A stretch of DNA of 64,000 nucleotides, taken from the IMG/VR virus record IMGVR_UViG_3300021431_002946, positions 32,001 to 96,000 of that record; one strand, 5' to 3'. Under the pieces are notes generated by a model that was not told the DNA's origin, searched no databases, and saw only the letters and a list, made by a program, of their open reading frames with translations. Source of the stretch: a virus. Lineage: Duplodnaviria; Heunggongvirae; Uroviricota; Caudoviricetes. Numbering within the stretch: the stretch's first letter is position 1; every line of letters begins with the position of its first letter. Of this stretch, positions 49,602 through 59,031 are shown piece after piece. A program made the position numbers and the translations under genes.

Positions 49602-49967
49602 ATGAAACCTAAATGGTTATATAGATTAGAATCAAAAAATCCAGAAAATGGATTATGGTATAATGCAAATAATGAATTAGTTTGGGGAATTGGAGAAATT
49701 CCTGGTTGTACTACAAAAGATTTACCTATGGATTATGATGAACGTTATCATAAAGATGGATTAAATTGGTTTTCTAGTTGTTCAAAAGAAGAAGATTTAT
49801 CACATTGGTATAGTCTTGAAGATGCAAAACAATTAATTGCAAATGGTTTTGTATTTACTAAATATCTTGCGGTTGATTATGTAGAATATGAACTTGAGAC
49901 AACATTCCTTAAAGAAACTGCATTACAACGAGTTGAATTAAATATTGAGGATATTTGGAAATCTTAA
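49602..49967 (+). CDS. hypothetical protein
   Basis: YRLE..GLWY motif; operonic. Confidence 0.7.
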   Translation: MKPKWLYRLESKNPENGLWYNANNELVWGIGEIPGCTTKDLPMDYDERYHKDGLNWFSSCSKEEDLSHWYSLEDAKQLIANGFVFTKYLAVDYVEYELETTFLKETALQRVELNIEDIWKS

Positions 49968-50050
49968 AAAGGTAGTGAAATAAACTACCTTTTTTAGTAA
50001 AAGACAATTTAAATATAATATAGTACTTTTATTGGAGGTAAATTAGAACA

Positions 50051-50731
50051 ATGAGCGATACTCAAATTTTAATTGGAAAATCTGGAAAAGAAAATATATA
50101 TTGGGACTACAAAAAAGATAAAAATCTTTTTATAATTGGTGAAACAGGTTCTGGTGCACAGATTGTTAGAGATACTGTTATAAATGCAATTACAAAATGT
50201 AATATATTAGGAATTATATATGGTATTGATTATACAAAATCTGAACTTGGCCCATGTCAATCAATAATAAAAAATATTTTATATGTAAATACATTAGATG
50301 AAAGTCTTTTTTATCTTGAATTAGAATTAAAAGCAAATAGTACAACTTCACCAATTTTTATTATAATTCCAGATGTTCAATGTTTTTGGTTTGAAGATCT
50401 TGCATATAAAGAAAATAAATTTATTGAATTAAGCAATAGACATGAGAATATACATTTAGTTCTTTGTTCAAGAGCATTTTTTAATACTCGTGCAGACTAT
50501 GCAAAAAAGTATAAAGATAATTCATTATTTGTAATGATAGGTGACTTAAATTTTTATACAAAAGGTTTCTTTTATCCTAATTTATTTGAATTACCTGAAG
50601 TTGATCGAAAAGTACGAGGTGAAGGTATTATAAATATAGATGGTAAGCCTAAAAAATTTAATGCTCAATACGATTTAGCAAAATCTTTATATGATTGGGT
50701 AGACGATTGTGTAGGAGAAAAGAAAAAATGA
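50051..50731 (+). CDS. degenerate FtsK-like P-loop domain protein
   Basis: IIGETGSGA (Walker A Lys missing), RHENIHLVL, RGEG. Confidence 0.6.
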   Translation: MSDTQILIGKSGKENIYWDYKKDKNLFIIGETGSGAQIVRDTVINAITKCNILGIIYGIDYTKSELGPCQSIIKNILYVNTLDESLFYLELELKANSTTSPIFIIIPDVQCFWFEDLAYKENKFIELSNRHENIHLVLCSRAFFNTRADYAKKYKDNSLFVMIGDLNFYTKGFFYPNLFELPEVDRKVRGEGIINIDGKPKKFNAQYDLAKSLYDWVDDCVGEKKK

Positions 50732-50928
50732 AAAAAGAATTAACAGATAAACAAAAAGATATAGTACTAGGTATTATAACAGCTGGAGCTATTTTATATT
50801 TAATTGCAATAATTGTGTTTTTTATTGTTGGTTGGTTTACAATTAAAGCTAGACGCGAGGCAGAGTCTGTAAATCCACCTCCAATTTCTCCAGAAATTAC
50901 AGAAACTGTATTTGGTAATATAATTTAA
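50728..50928 (+). CDS. small membrane protein
   Basis: AGGAG SD; one TM. Confidence 0.6.
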   Translation: MKKELTDKQKDIVLGIITAGAILYLIAIIVFFIVGWFTIKARREAESVNPPPISPEITETVFGNII

Positions 50929-50985
50929 TATTATAAAAATACAAATTAAATTGGGATCATCCTGGTTAACATGGAGATTATATAA

Positions 50986-51465
50986 ATGGAATATAGAATA
51001 GCAACTTATGAAGAAGTTTCAAAACAGTTTGATTGGTTGATTGAAACTCATGAAAATAAAGAAGATTGGACTGCTTGGAAAAATGAATATCTAAGCAATA
51101 TTAAACATGGAATTATGATTCCATATTATGGTTTTATTGGAGAAGATTGTATTTGTGAGGCTTATGCAAATATAAGTAAATATGCAGATTATATTGTTAT
51201 TAAAAGAGATAGACCTTATTTATCTGCTTTTAGAACAAGAAAAGAATATCGAGGTCTTGGATATTTTTCAAAATTATTTGATTTTATGATAAAAGACCTT
51301 AAAGAAAAAGGTTATAAAAGAGTATCAGTTGCAGTTGAATCTACTGAAACTCATAATATTGAAATGTATAAACATTTTGGTTTTAATACTTTTTTATATA
51401 AAGATAGAGAAACTTATGGAGATGGTACTATACATGAAATAGAGTACTATGAAAAACAACTATAA
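50986..51465 (+). CDS. GNAT family acetyltransferase
   Basis: EYRGLGYFSKL motif A; N..MYKHFGF. Confidence 0.85.
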   Translation: MEYRIATYEEVSKQFDWLIETHENKEDWTAWKNEYLSNIKHGIMIPYYGFIGEDCICEAYANISKYADYIVIKRDRPYLSAFRTRKEYRGLGYFSKLFDFMIKDLKEKGYKRVSVAVESTETHNIEMYKHFGFNTFLYKDRETYGDGTIHEIEYYEKQL

Positions 51466-51479
51466 AGGAGAAAATTATT

Positions 51480-52280
51480 ATGAATATAAAGAAAGGATTA
51501 GCTGCAAGTTTATGTAGTCTTTTATTATTGACTGCAGGTTGTGATAATATGCAACCTATAAATAGTAAAACTGTTGCTTCTCAAGAAACAACAAATGAAA
51601 CCACTAAAATGATTAGTGATACATTTAATAAGACTGTTAATTCTAACATTGTTTCTATTACAGTTATTTCAGGTCCAATGACTTTAGATTTATATAATGC
51701 ATCTGCAAAAACAAAGATGAGTTATTTTGAAGTTATTGTTAGAGATAATAATATTTTTTCAACTAATGATCTTGAATTTGTAAGTGAAAATCCAAATATT
51801 GCAACAATTGAAGTTGATTCTTTAAGTGGAACCTATTTATCTTGTAAAGTTACAGGTAAAGCAAAAGGTTCCACAAATGTTTATATAAAAGCAAAAGATG
51901 GTTCTATTGAGTCTAGTAAGATTGCAATTTCTGTTATAAATACTAAACCAACTCCAAAACCAACTTCTAAAGCTAAAAAGAAAACAAGTAATAATAAAAC
52001 ATCAAATAAAAAGAAAAATAAAAATTCAAAACAAATTGAGCCTTCTCAAAATACAGAATTACCAAAAATTATTGAATTTAGATCATTTACTTATACTGGA
52101 AATTCAGTTTCAGGATTATTACAAGAAGCTTCAAAGCATGTAACATTACAAAAATGTGGTCGTGCAACATGTGTTGGTGGTCCTGGTATTTCATATCAGT
52201 TCAGAAAAGGTACACAATATCTTACTTGGAAAGTACAAGGTGAGCCAAATCAATTTAAGCAAAAAGTAATAATAAAATAA
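51480..52280 (+). CDS. lipoprotein with Ig-like domain and basic linker
   Basis: Lipobox LTAGC; SENPNIATI..VTGKAKGSTNV. Confidence 0.7.
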   Translation: MNIKKGLAASLCSLLLLTAGCDNMQPINSKTVASQETTNETTKMISDTFNKTVNSNIVSITVISGPMTLDLYNASAKTKMSYFEVIVRDNNIFSTNDLEFVSENPNIATIEVDSLSGTYLSCKVTGKAKGSTNVYIKAKDGSIESSKIAISVINTKPTPKPTSKAKKKTSNNKTSNKKKNKNSKQIEPSQNTELPKIIEFRSFTYTGNSVSGLLQEASKHVTLQKCGRATCVGGPGISYQFRKGTQYLTWKVQGEPNQFKQKVIIK

Positions 52281-52298
52281 GAAAGGTAAATAAATACA

Positions 52299-52532
52299 AT
52301 GAGAAAAGACATAATACAAGTAGTTAAAGAATTAAATATGTATATGAGAGAAAATATGGTGCCTGGTGGTGTAGTATATTTAGGATCAGATAATAATACA
52401 TATCAACTTCAAGCTGAATTTAATGATAAAGTTGTATATGATTTTGTTAAAACATATTTACATTATGAAAACTATGACGCAATTTTAAGAGAAGTTAAAG
52501 GTAACAATACAATAATTTACGTAGCAAAATAA
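52299..52532 (+). CDS. hypothetical protein
   Basis: GAAAGG SD. Confidence 0.6.
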   Translation: MRKDIIQVVKELNMYMRENMVPGGVVYLGSDNNTYQLQAEFNDKVVYDFVKTYLHYENYDAILREVKGNNTIIYVAK

Positions 52533-52557
52533 TTAAATAAAAGGAGAACATAAAAAT

Positions 52558-53226
52558 ATGGGATTTACTTGGAATGTAGAAGAATTAAAACTTAAAAAAG
52601 AACGTGATGCTCATAAAGATTTACAAATTTTTTCTGTAGAGAATTCACTTAGTAGAGATGAAAAAATTGCATTTATTGATTCTAGATTTGATGGACAAAT
52701 GTCTCAATTATTAGATTTATATGATAAATTTCAAGTTGAAAAAGATACTATTAAGAAGGGTGTTGATGGAGATTATAAATTTAATTCATTAAAAGCTTGG
52801 TATACAAAAAATATGAGTGATTTTAAATATTCTGATTATGGTTTAGAAATTTGGGGTATTGGTTGTAATCGTACAATAGATAGACTTATGAATAAACACA
52901 TGTATGATTTATATTCTGATATTGTAGATCAAGTATTCCATCAATTAATTTGGGATTTATATAAAAAAGAAAATAAATGGTTTAAAGAGCATGATGAATA
53001 TAGTATTTTAACAAAGAAATTAATTGATTCAAATATTTTACCATTTTTAGGTATAGAGTATTGGTATGGCACAGGCGGAATTGGAAAGAATGTAAATGGT
53101 AAAACAGTAAAATTTACTTTACTTGAACTTCGTTATCTTTCTGATGCTTGTGATAAGTTAGAAGAAAAAATTAACAGAACTGCTAAAATAATTAAAGCAG
53201 ATTTTGAGAGAACATTTCCTGATTAA
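52558..53226 (+). CDS. hypothetical protein
   Basis: AAAGGAG SD. Confidence 0.7.
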   Translation: MGFTWNVEELKLKKERDAHKDLQIFSVENSLSRDEKIAFIDSRFDGQMSQLLDLYDKFQVEKDTIKKGVDGDYKFNSLKAWYTKNMSDFKYSDYGLEIWGIGCNRTIDRLMNKHMYDLYSDIVDQVFHQLIWDLYKKENKWFKEHDEYSILTKKLIDSNILPFLGIEYWYGTGGIGKNVNGKTVKFTLLELRYLSDACDKLEEKINRTAKIIKADFERTFPD

Positions 53227-53239
53227 AGGAGAATAAATA

Positions 53240-53731
53240 ATGGAATATTTTTATTATGGTCAGACTTTAAAATTATCTTTAGATCAATCAGTTAATGAGT
53301 ATATTTATGATTTTGAGTATGATGATGCTAGAGTAGATTTAGATATAATTCAAAAAATAAATCCTGGAATTAGACATAAAATTGATCAACTTTCTTTTTG
53401 TAAACAATTTCGCAGATACTTAAATACATCAGCAAATATTGTAAGCAGTATTGTTGATGGAGATTCTGAATTTGTTTTTGGTAAAGATCTTGATGGTTAT
53501 TCATATGAAAATATTTTTCCAAACGAAGTAACTGAAAATGATAGTTTTATTGTATACATAATTATACAAACTGACCAAAAATTTACTGATGAAGAATTAA
53601 AAGAATTGACAAATATACTAAAATTATTATCTAATTATTTTAAAACTAATGATGAATTTGAGTTAATTGAACTAACAAAAGATCAATTAATGAGTATGAG
53701 AAGTCATTATATAGACGATTCTAATGAATAA
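53240..53731 (+). CDS. hypothetical protein (tandem paralog of 53803)
   Basis: ARVDLDII..INP..RRYL..DSF..ELTxILK. Confidence 0.7.
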   Translation: MEYFYYGQTLKLSLDQSVNEYIYDFEYDDARVDLDIIQKINPGIRHKIDQLSFCKQFRRYLNTSANIVSSIVDGDSEFVFGKDLDGYSYENIFPNEVTENDSFIVYIIIQTDQKFTDEELKELTNILKLLSNYFKTNDEFELIELTKDQLMSMRSHYIDDSNE

Positions 53732-53802
53732 GAAATATTAAAATAGATATATGGAAAATATATGATTAAGTATCATTTTTCAAATATACTGGAGGTTTAA
53801 TT

Positions 53803-54384
53803 ATGGATATAACAAATATGTTCTTTTATAGTGGAGAAGCAATAGATTGGAAGTTAGAAACTAGTCTTGAAGAATATAATAATGACTATGAATGGGATAA
53901 TGCTCGTGTTGATTTAGATATTATTAAAGAGATAAATCCAGTTATTGGTAAAAAAATTAAATCTATTGATCTTGATTATGAGATTCGCAGATATTTGAGA
54001 GATGAAAAAGGTAATCTTGTTTCAGGCACTGATCTTGAAGATATTACTGAAGAAATGACAGAAATATATGAAATTGATGATAATGGTTACGTATTTGAAG
54101 ACGTAACTAGTGTACAACCAAAGAAAACAGATAGTTTTGCACTTTGTGTATTGATTATTGCATATAAAGAATTTACAAGCGATGAAATAACAGAATTAAC
54201 TAGAATTCTTAAAGTATTATCAACCATTTTCTATTTAAATAAAGAATTTAAAGTAGTACAATTAATACCAGAATCTGTTGAAGAAATTAATGGAGAGATT
54301 ATTGATGTTGGTGGTTTTATCCCAACTGATGATACTCTTGAAATTGATGGAGATGACAATGACGATGATGAGGAAGATATATGA
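53803..54384 (+). CDS. hypothetical protein (tandem paralog of 53240)
   Basis: ARVDLDII..INP..RRYL..DSF..ELTxILK shared with 53240; acidic tail. Confidence 0.7.
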   Translation: MDITNMFFYSGEAIDWKLETSLEEYNNDYEWDNARVDLDIIKEINPVIGKKIKSIDLDYEIRRYLRDEKGNLVSGTDLEDITEEMTEIYEIDDNGYVFEDVTSVQPKKTDSFALCVLIIAYKEFTSDEITELTRILKVLSTIFYLNKEFKVVQLIPESVEEINGEIIDVGGFIPTDDTLEIDGDDNDDDEEDI

Positions 54385-55097
54385 TTAGTTGGAATCCTTG
54401 GCATGGTTGTACAAAATATTCTGAAGGATGTAAAAATTGTTATGTTTATAGAATGGATGCTCAATATGGAAGAGATCCAGCGGATATAAAAATAACAAAT
54501 TCTTTTGATTTACCTCTTAAAAAGAATAAAAAGAAAGAATATAAATATCCTTCAGGAACAGTATTTTTTACATGTTATACATCAGACTTTTTCTTACCTG
54601 AAATGAAAGAACAAAGATTAAAAGCTTTAGAAATAATTAAAGAAAGATCTGATTGTAAATTTTTTATTATTACAAAAAGAATAGATTTAGTTGATATAGA
54701 TATTCCTGATAATGTAGAATTATGTTGTACTATGGAAAATCAGAAACAATATGATTATAGAATGCCTATATTTAAGAAAATAAATGCTAAACATAAAAGT
54801 CTTTGTCTTGAACCATTATTAACTCCTATAAGTTTAGGTGGATTAGCAGATATAAAACTTGAAAAGATTGTATCTGGTGGAGAATCTGGATACGGTAATG
54901 ACATAAGGCCTTGTAAAGAAGAATGGGTTAAAGATTTATATTTGCAAGCAAAGAAATACAATATACCTTTTTGTTTTAAACAAACAGGAACATATTTTGA
55001 AACTCTTGATGGTAAAAAATTAACTGTAGAAAGATCAAATCAATTTAATGAAGCTAGAAAGCTTGGTTACCAAGATTTTGAAATAACTACTTTGTAA
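54381..55097 (+). CDS. DUF5131 (phage Gp37/Gp68) family protein
   Basis: WNPWHGCTKYSEGCKNCY, SDFF, ITKR, EPLL, GGESG, FKQTG. Confidence 0.9.
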   Translation: MISWNPWHGCTKYSEGCKNCYVYRMDAQYGRDPADIKITNSFDLPLKKNKKKEYKYPSGTVFFTCYTSDFFLPEMKEQRLKALEIIKERSDCKFFIITKRIDLVDIDIPDNVELCCTMENQKQYDYRMPIFKKINAKHKSLCLEPLLTPISLGGLADIKLEKIVSGGESGYGNDIRPCKEEWVKDLYLQAKKYNIPFCFKQTGTYFETLDGKKLTVERSNQFNEARKLGYQDFEITTL

Positions 55098-55109
55098 AGG
55101 AGAACAATT

Positions 55110-55283
55110 ATGAATAAACAAATACTTACATGTCCAAAATGTAAAACAGACATCTTATTTGATGCTGATAGAATAACGAAAGGAATTAGTTTTGAATTTC
55201 ATTGTTCTTGCGGAGCAAAAGTATTATATAAAATTCCAATGTATACAAAAGAAACTATTTATGAAATGATACATAGTTTTTAA
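55110..55283 (+). CDS. small zinc-ribbon protein (57 aa)
   Basis: AAAGGAG SD; CPKC..CSCG; below ORF-track cutoff. Confidence 0.6.
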   Translation: MNKQILTCPKCKTDILFDADRITKGISFEFHCSCGAKVLYKIPMYTKETIYEMIHSF

Positions 55284-55299
55284 TTAGAAAGGAAATTAT

Positions 55300-56229
55300 A
55301 TGTTTGAGATATTAAATGAATATTTTGACGAGTTGAATAAACTATCACCAGATAATAATACAGTTTATAGTCCTGTATCAACTAGATCTGCATTACAATT
55401 ATATAAATATTTATATAATTCTTCTGCATTTGATTATATGTTAAATGATAAAGATTATTTAAGTTTTGAAAATGCAAATAATGCTAAGTTTGTAAATAGA
55501 ATTTGGGCAAATACATTTTTTAATGCATCAGTACCAAATAAATTACAACAATATACACATTTTATTGATATGACAAATAGTCATTTGGCTACAAAAACAA
55601 AAGATTTATTTGTTGCAAAAGAAACAAATAATTTTATTGAGAAAACTGGAACTTTATTATCAAATGAATTAAAATACGATTTGATGAATATTGTTTATTT
55701 TAAGGATATTTGGGCAAAAACTTACGGATATAAATTAAATTTTATGCCTATAACATTTACTAATATTGATAATTCTACTAAGTCAGTAAAGAATTTTATA
55801 GTATCTTCAAAAGATGTTCTTGAAAATGAGAGCTGTTATTTAGTAGCATTAAACTATAAATCAGGTAATAAATGTTGGTTAGTATATCCTAAAACAAATA
55901 TAAATAGAGTTAATTTTAATAATTTAACTTGTAAAAATGTAGTTGCGTCATTATATATTCCAGAATTTGAAATTGAAAATAATTATCAATTAGATAAAGC
56001 ATTTTTACCTGATGGAGATATAGTAGCTATGGATCAAGTTGCAAAAATTAAATTTGATCATATTGGAACAGAAGCAGCTGCAGTAACAGAGATTGCAATT
56101 AGAGGCGCAGCACTTAGAGTAGACGTACCTCCAAGAATAATATTAAAATTTGATAAACCTTTTATGTACGCAATACAAGATACTTATAATAATGATTTTA
56201 TATTTATTGGTAAAATTGTTAAATTTTAA
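55300..56229 (+). CDS. serpin family protein
   Basis: YSPVS, NIVYFKDIW, IPEF, hinge GTEAAAVT, FDKPF..FIGKI. Confidence 0.9.
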   Translation: MFEILNEYFDELNKLSPDNNTVYSPVSTRSALQLYKYLYNSSAFDYMLNDKDYLSFENANNAKFVNRIWANTFFNASVPNKLQQYTHFIDMTNSHLATKTKDLFVAKETNNFIEKTGTLLSNELKYDLMNIVYFKDIWAKTYGYKLNFMPITFTNIDNSTKSVKNFIVSSKDVLENESCYLVALNYKSGNKCWLVYPKTNINRVNFNNLTCKNVVASLYIPEFEIENNYQLDKAFLPDGDIVAMDQVAKIKFDHIGTEAAAVTEIAIRGAALRVDVPPRIILKFDKPFMYAIQDTYNNDFIFIGKIVKF

Positions 56230-56247
56230 TTTAGGAGAATTGTAACA

Positions 56248-56679
56248 ATGATACAAAAATTTAATTGCCCTCTATGTAAAAGTACAACAGAAGTTAATTT
56301 AAATAATTTTAGAGTAAATAGTAAAGTAGAAGTTTATTGCAGTAATTGTAAAGTTCAAAAATGGTGGATTATAACTCCAAATGTAGATATTCTTGGTGAA
56401 TGGTCTTATATTGATCAAATAAATAAAACAAAAGAAACTTATTGGTTTAAAGAAAATGGTGAAGGCAGATATATAACTGGCACTATTGATCCACAATTAG
56501 ATGGTATAGGTTCTGCTGCAATAAAATATGAAGTATATCCAAATCAAATAATAATTACTCAAGGTGAATCTATAAAAATTTTTTATTATGAATTAAATGG
56601 TAATGAACTTGCATTAACAACATTAATTGATAATAATATTCAAAAGAAAGCTGAAACTGTAATTTATAAAAGAAAATAA
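56248..56679 (+). CDS. zinc-ribbon-containing protein
   Basis: CPLC..CSNC. Confidence 0.65.
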   Translation: MIQKFNCPLCKSTTEVNLNNFRVNSKVEVYCSNCKVQKWWIITPNVDILGEWSYIDQINKTKETYWFKENGEGRYITGTIDPQLDGIGSAAIKYEVYPNQIIITQGESIKIFYYELNGNELALTTLIDNNIQKKAETVIYKRK

Positions 56680-56692
56680 AAGGTAAATTATT

Positions 56693-57178
56693 ATGATAAT
56701 GAAAAAAGAAACTTTAGAAAAAAGAATCATTTCATTAATCAAAAAATATGCACCAAGAGGTACAAAATTTGAGTGGAGTAGAACACAGTCTTGGTTTGGT
56801 GATTTTGGATGCGATTATAATCCATCAACAAAAAGATATAGTAATTTTATAATAAGAATAAGTTATCCACTTGCAAGTATTAATGAATGGAGTATAGTAA
56901 AAAGAATAGTATTACATGAGATTGCGCATGCTAGAACGCCTGGACACGATCATGATGATGCATGGCGTCAAGTCTGTTTATCTATTGGAGGAGATGGAGA
57001 AAGCCGATTCGAAGTTGTTGAAGATGGTGGTGATGTTAGATTACCATATTATAAATGGTTAGGTATATGTCCAGTTTGTAATAATAAATATTATAGACAA
57101 AGATTAACTGCAGATGATAAACGAAGATCATTTTGTTGTGATCCAGATAGAAAGATTATTTGGCTTAAACGAAAGTAA
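56693..57178 (+). CDS. SprT-like zinc metalloprotease domain protein
   Basis: LHEIAH..HDDAW; C-terminal CPVC. Confidence 0.85.
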   Translation: MIMKKETLEKRIISLIKKYAPRGTKFEWSRTQSWFGDFGCDYNPSTKRYSNFIIRISYPLASINEWSIVKRIVLHEIAHARTPGHDHDDAWRQVCLSIGGDGESRFEVVEDGGDVRLPYYKWLGICPVCNNKYYRQRLTADDKRRSFCCDPDRKIIWLKRK

Positions 57179-57192
57179 GAAAGGAAATTATA

Positions 57193-57522
57193 ATGTACGG
57201 ATTAAATATAATTTTTAATGTAACGTGTTATGATGATGAAGGTAAAGATGAATTTACTATCCAAAAAGTCTATGTATTTGAAAAGCAAGAAATAAGAGAT
57301 AGTTTTGGACAAATATTAAATTCATTTGATGAATCTGGTAATAATAAATTATATAAAGCAAAAGATATAGAACATTTAGTTGAAAATCTTTGTGAAGCTT
57401 GTGAAAATCAGTTTAATGACGAAGAAATAGTTAAAAAAGATAATGAATATTCAATTGGAATGTATCAATTATTTGATGATGAATATATAAAAAAGAAATA
57501 TAAAGTATCAGTTACATATTGA
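57193..57522 (+). CDS. hypothetical protein
   Basis: GAAAGGA SD. Confidence 0.65.
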   Translation: MYGLNIIFNVTCYDDEGKDEFTIQKVYVFEKQEIRDSFGQILNSFDESGNNKLYKAKDIEHLVENLCEACENQFNDEEIVKKDNEYSIGMYQLFDDEYIKKKYKVSVTY

Positions 57523-57570
57523 ATAAAAATTCAAAAAGTTATTTAATTATAAAGGAAGGAAATTAATAAA

Positions 57571-58839
57571 ATGCAGTATAAGAAGTCAAGATATAATTAT
57601 TTTGTACCTTATGAAGATAATCAAACTATAGTATATAATTTTTATTCAAATTATACATCATTATTTGATGAAGATACTCTTAAAAGATATAATGAAGATT
57701 TATTAACTAATGAAGAACAAGAAGAATTATATAAAAGAGGTTTTCTTATTGATTCAAATAGAGATGAATTAAAAGAAATTATTAATCGTAGACGTCAAGA
57801 AAATTTAAATAGTAAACAAAAATTATATAGAATTTGGACTACATCAGGCTGTAATGCAAGATGCTTTTATTGTTTTGAAAAAGGCGTTAAAGTAGAAACA
57901 ATGACTGATGAAAGATGTGATAAAGTAATTGAGTATATTAAAGGAACTATTAATGATGGAGATACTGTAACTATTGAATGGTTTGGAGGAGAACCTTTAC
58001 TTAATACTCATGCAATAGATAAGATTACAACTGCAATTAAAGAAGAATGTAAAAAGAAGAACGCAAAATATAATAGTTTATTTATTTCAAATGGTAGTCT
58101 TATTACTCCTGAAATTATTAATAAAATGGAAAATGAATGGAATACTAGAAATATTCAAATTACACTTGATGGTTCTGAAAATGCATATAATAAAATAAAA
58201 GATTATTATAATCCTGAAAAGCATAACTTTAAAAATGTATTAGATAATATTATGCTTCTTAAGAATACAAAGATTAAAGTTGCAATTAGACTTAATTATA
58301 CAGAAGATAACTATGAAGATATTCTTGATGTAATTAGACTTATTGGACCTAAGTTACAAGATTCTAATAATGTAATTGCATATGTATATCCTATTTGGAG
58401 TACATTAAATGATGAAGAAAAAGATAAATTTATTTCTGATGTTGAAGCAGATAAAAATATATTAAATATTTTTAAAGAAATAATTAAATATAATCTTAAT
58501 ACAATAAAGAAACTTATTAGAATTAATAGAAAACTTACGTCATGTAAATCATGTAATATGTATAGCCATACAATTTTACCTACTGGAGATATTTCAAAAT
58601 GTAGTGAAAGTTTTAATAGATTATACGGTAATGTTACAGATGGTATTACTGATAAAGAAGGTTATGCATATTGGAGTAATCGTGATATAGATCAGGAATG
58701 TAAAGATTGTGTATTTATGCCAATATGTCAAGGTGGTTGTGAAGCAAGTAAGTATATCAATATGCCTAAATGTTTTGCATATAAACCTATTATTGATGAA
58801 ATCTTAATTTATTATGTAGACTCTCTACAAAATAAATAA
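57571..58839 (+). CDS. radical SAM/SPASM peptide maturase (paralog of 6924)
   Basis: CNARCFYC, WFGGEPLL, QITLDG, CKDCVFMPICQGGC. Confidence 0.95.
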   Translation: MQYKKSRYNYFVPYEDNQTIVYNFYSNYTSLFDEDTLKRYNEDLLTNEEQEELYKRGFLIDSNRDELKEIINRRRQENLNSKQKLYRIWTTSGCNARCFYCFEKGVKVETMTDERCDKVIEYIKGTINDGDTVTIEWFGGEPLLNTHAIDKITTAIKEECKKKNAKYNSLFISNGSLITPEIINKMENEWNTRNIQITLDGSENAYNKIKDYYNPEKHNFKNVLDNIMLLKNTKIKVAIRLNYTEDNYEDILDVIRLIGPKLQDSNNVIAYVYPIWSTLNDEEKDKFISDVEADKNILNIFKEIIKYNLNTIKKLIRINRKLTSCKSCNMYSHTILPTGDISKCSESFNRLYGNVTDGITDKEGYAYWSNRDIDQECKDCVFMPICQGGCEASKYINMPKCFAYKPIIDEILIYYVDSLQNK

Positions 58840-58884
58840 TTTTCTTTATATAGAACTATACTATAGAAAGGAGAAAAATATAAT

Positions 58885-58983
58885 ATGAAGTTTTTTGACG
58901 AAGACATAATGGAAACTACAACAAGTTCATGTATTTGTGATGAAGATGGCTGTCAAATCACTTGTCAATCTTGTGATGACTAA
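58885..58983 (+). CDS. RiPP precursor peptide 2a (32 aa)
   Basis: AAAGGAG SD; MKFFDEDIMETTTSSCICDEDGCQITCQSCDD. Confidence 0.85.
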   Translation: MKFFDEDIMETTTSSCICDEDGCQITCQSCDD

Positions 58984-58987
58984 AAAT

Positions 58988-59017
58988 AAGGCTAGAGCCT
59001 TAGACTCTAGCCTTTTT
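58988..59017 (+). terminator. intrinsic terminator
   Basis: AAGGCTAGAG..CTCTAGCCTT + T tract. Confidence 0.75.
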
Positions 59018-59031
59018 ATAACAATCTTGAC

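Noticed and set aside
54381-55097. DUF5131 protein as a third peptide maturase
   Set aside because: No SPASM/RRE domain or adjacent precursor; common phage family
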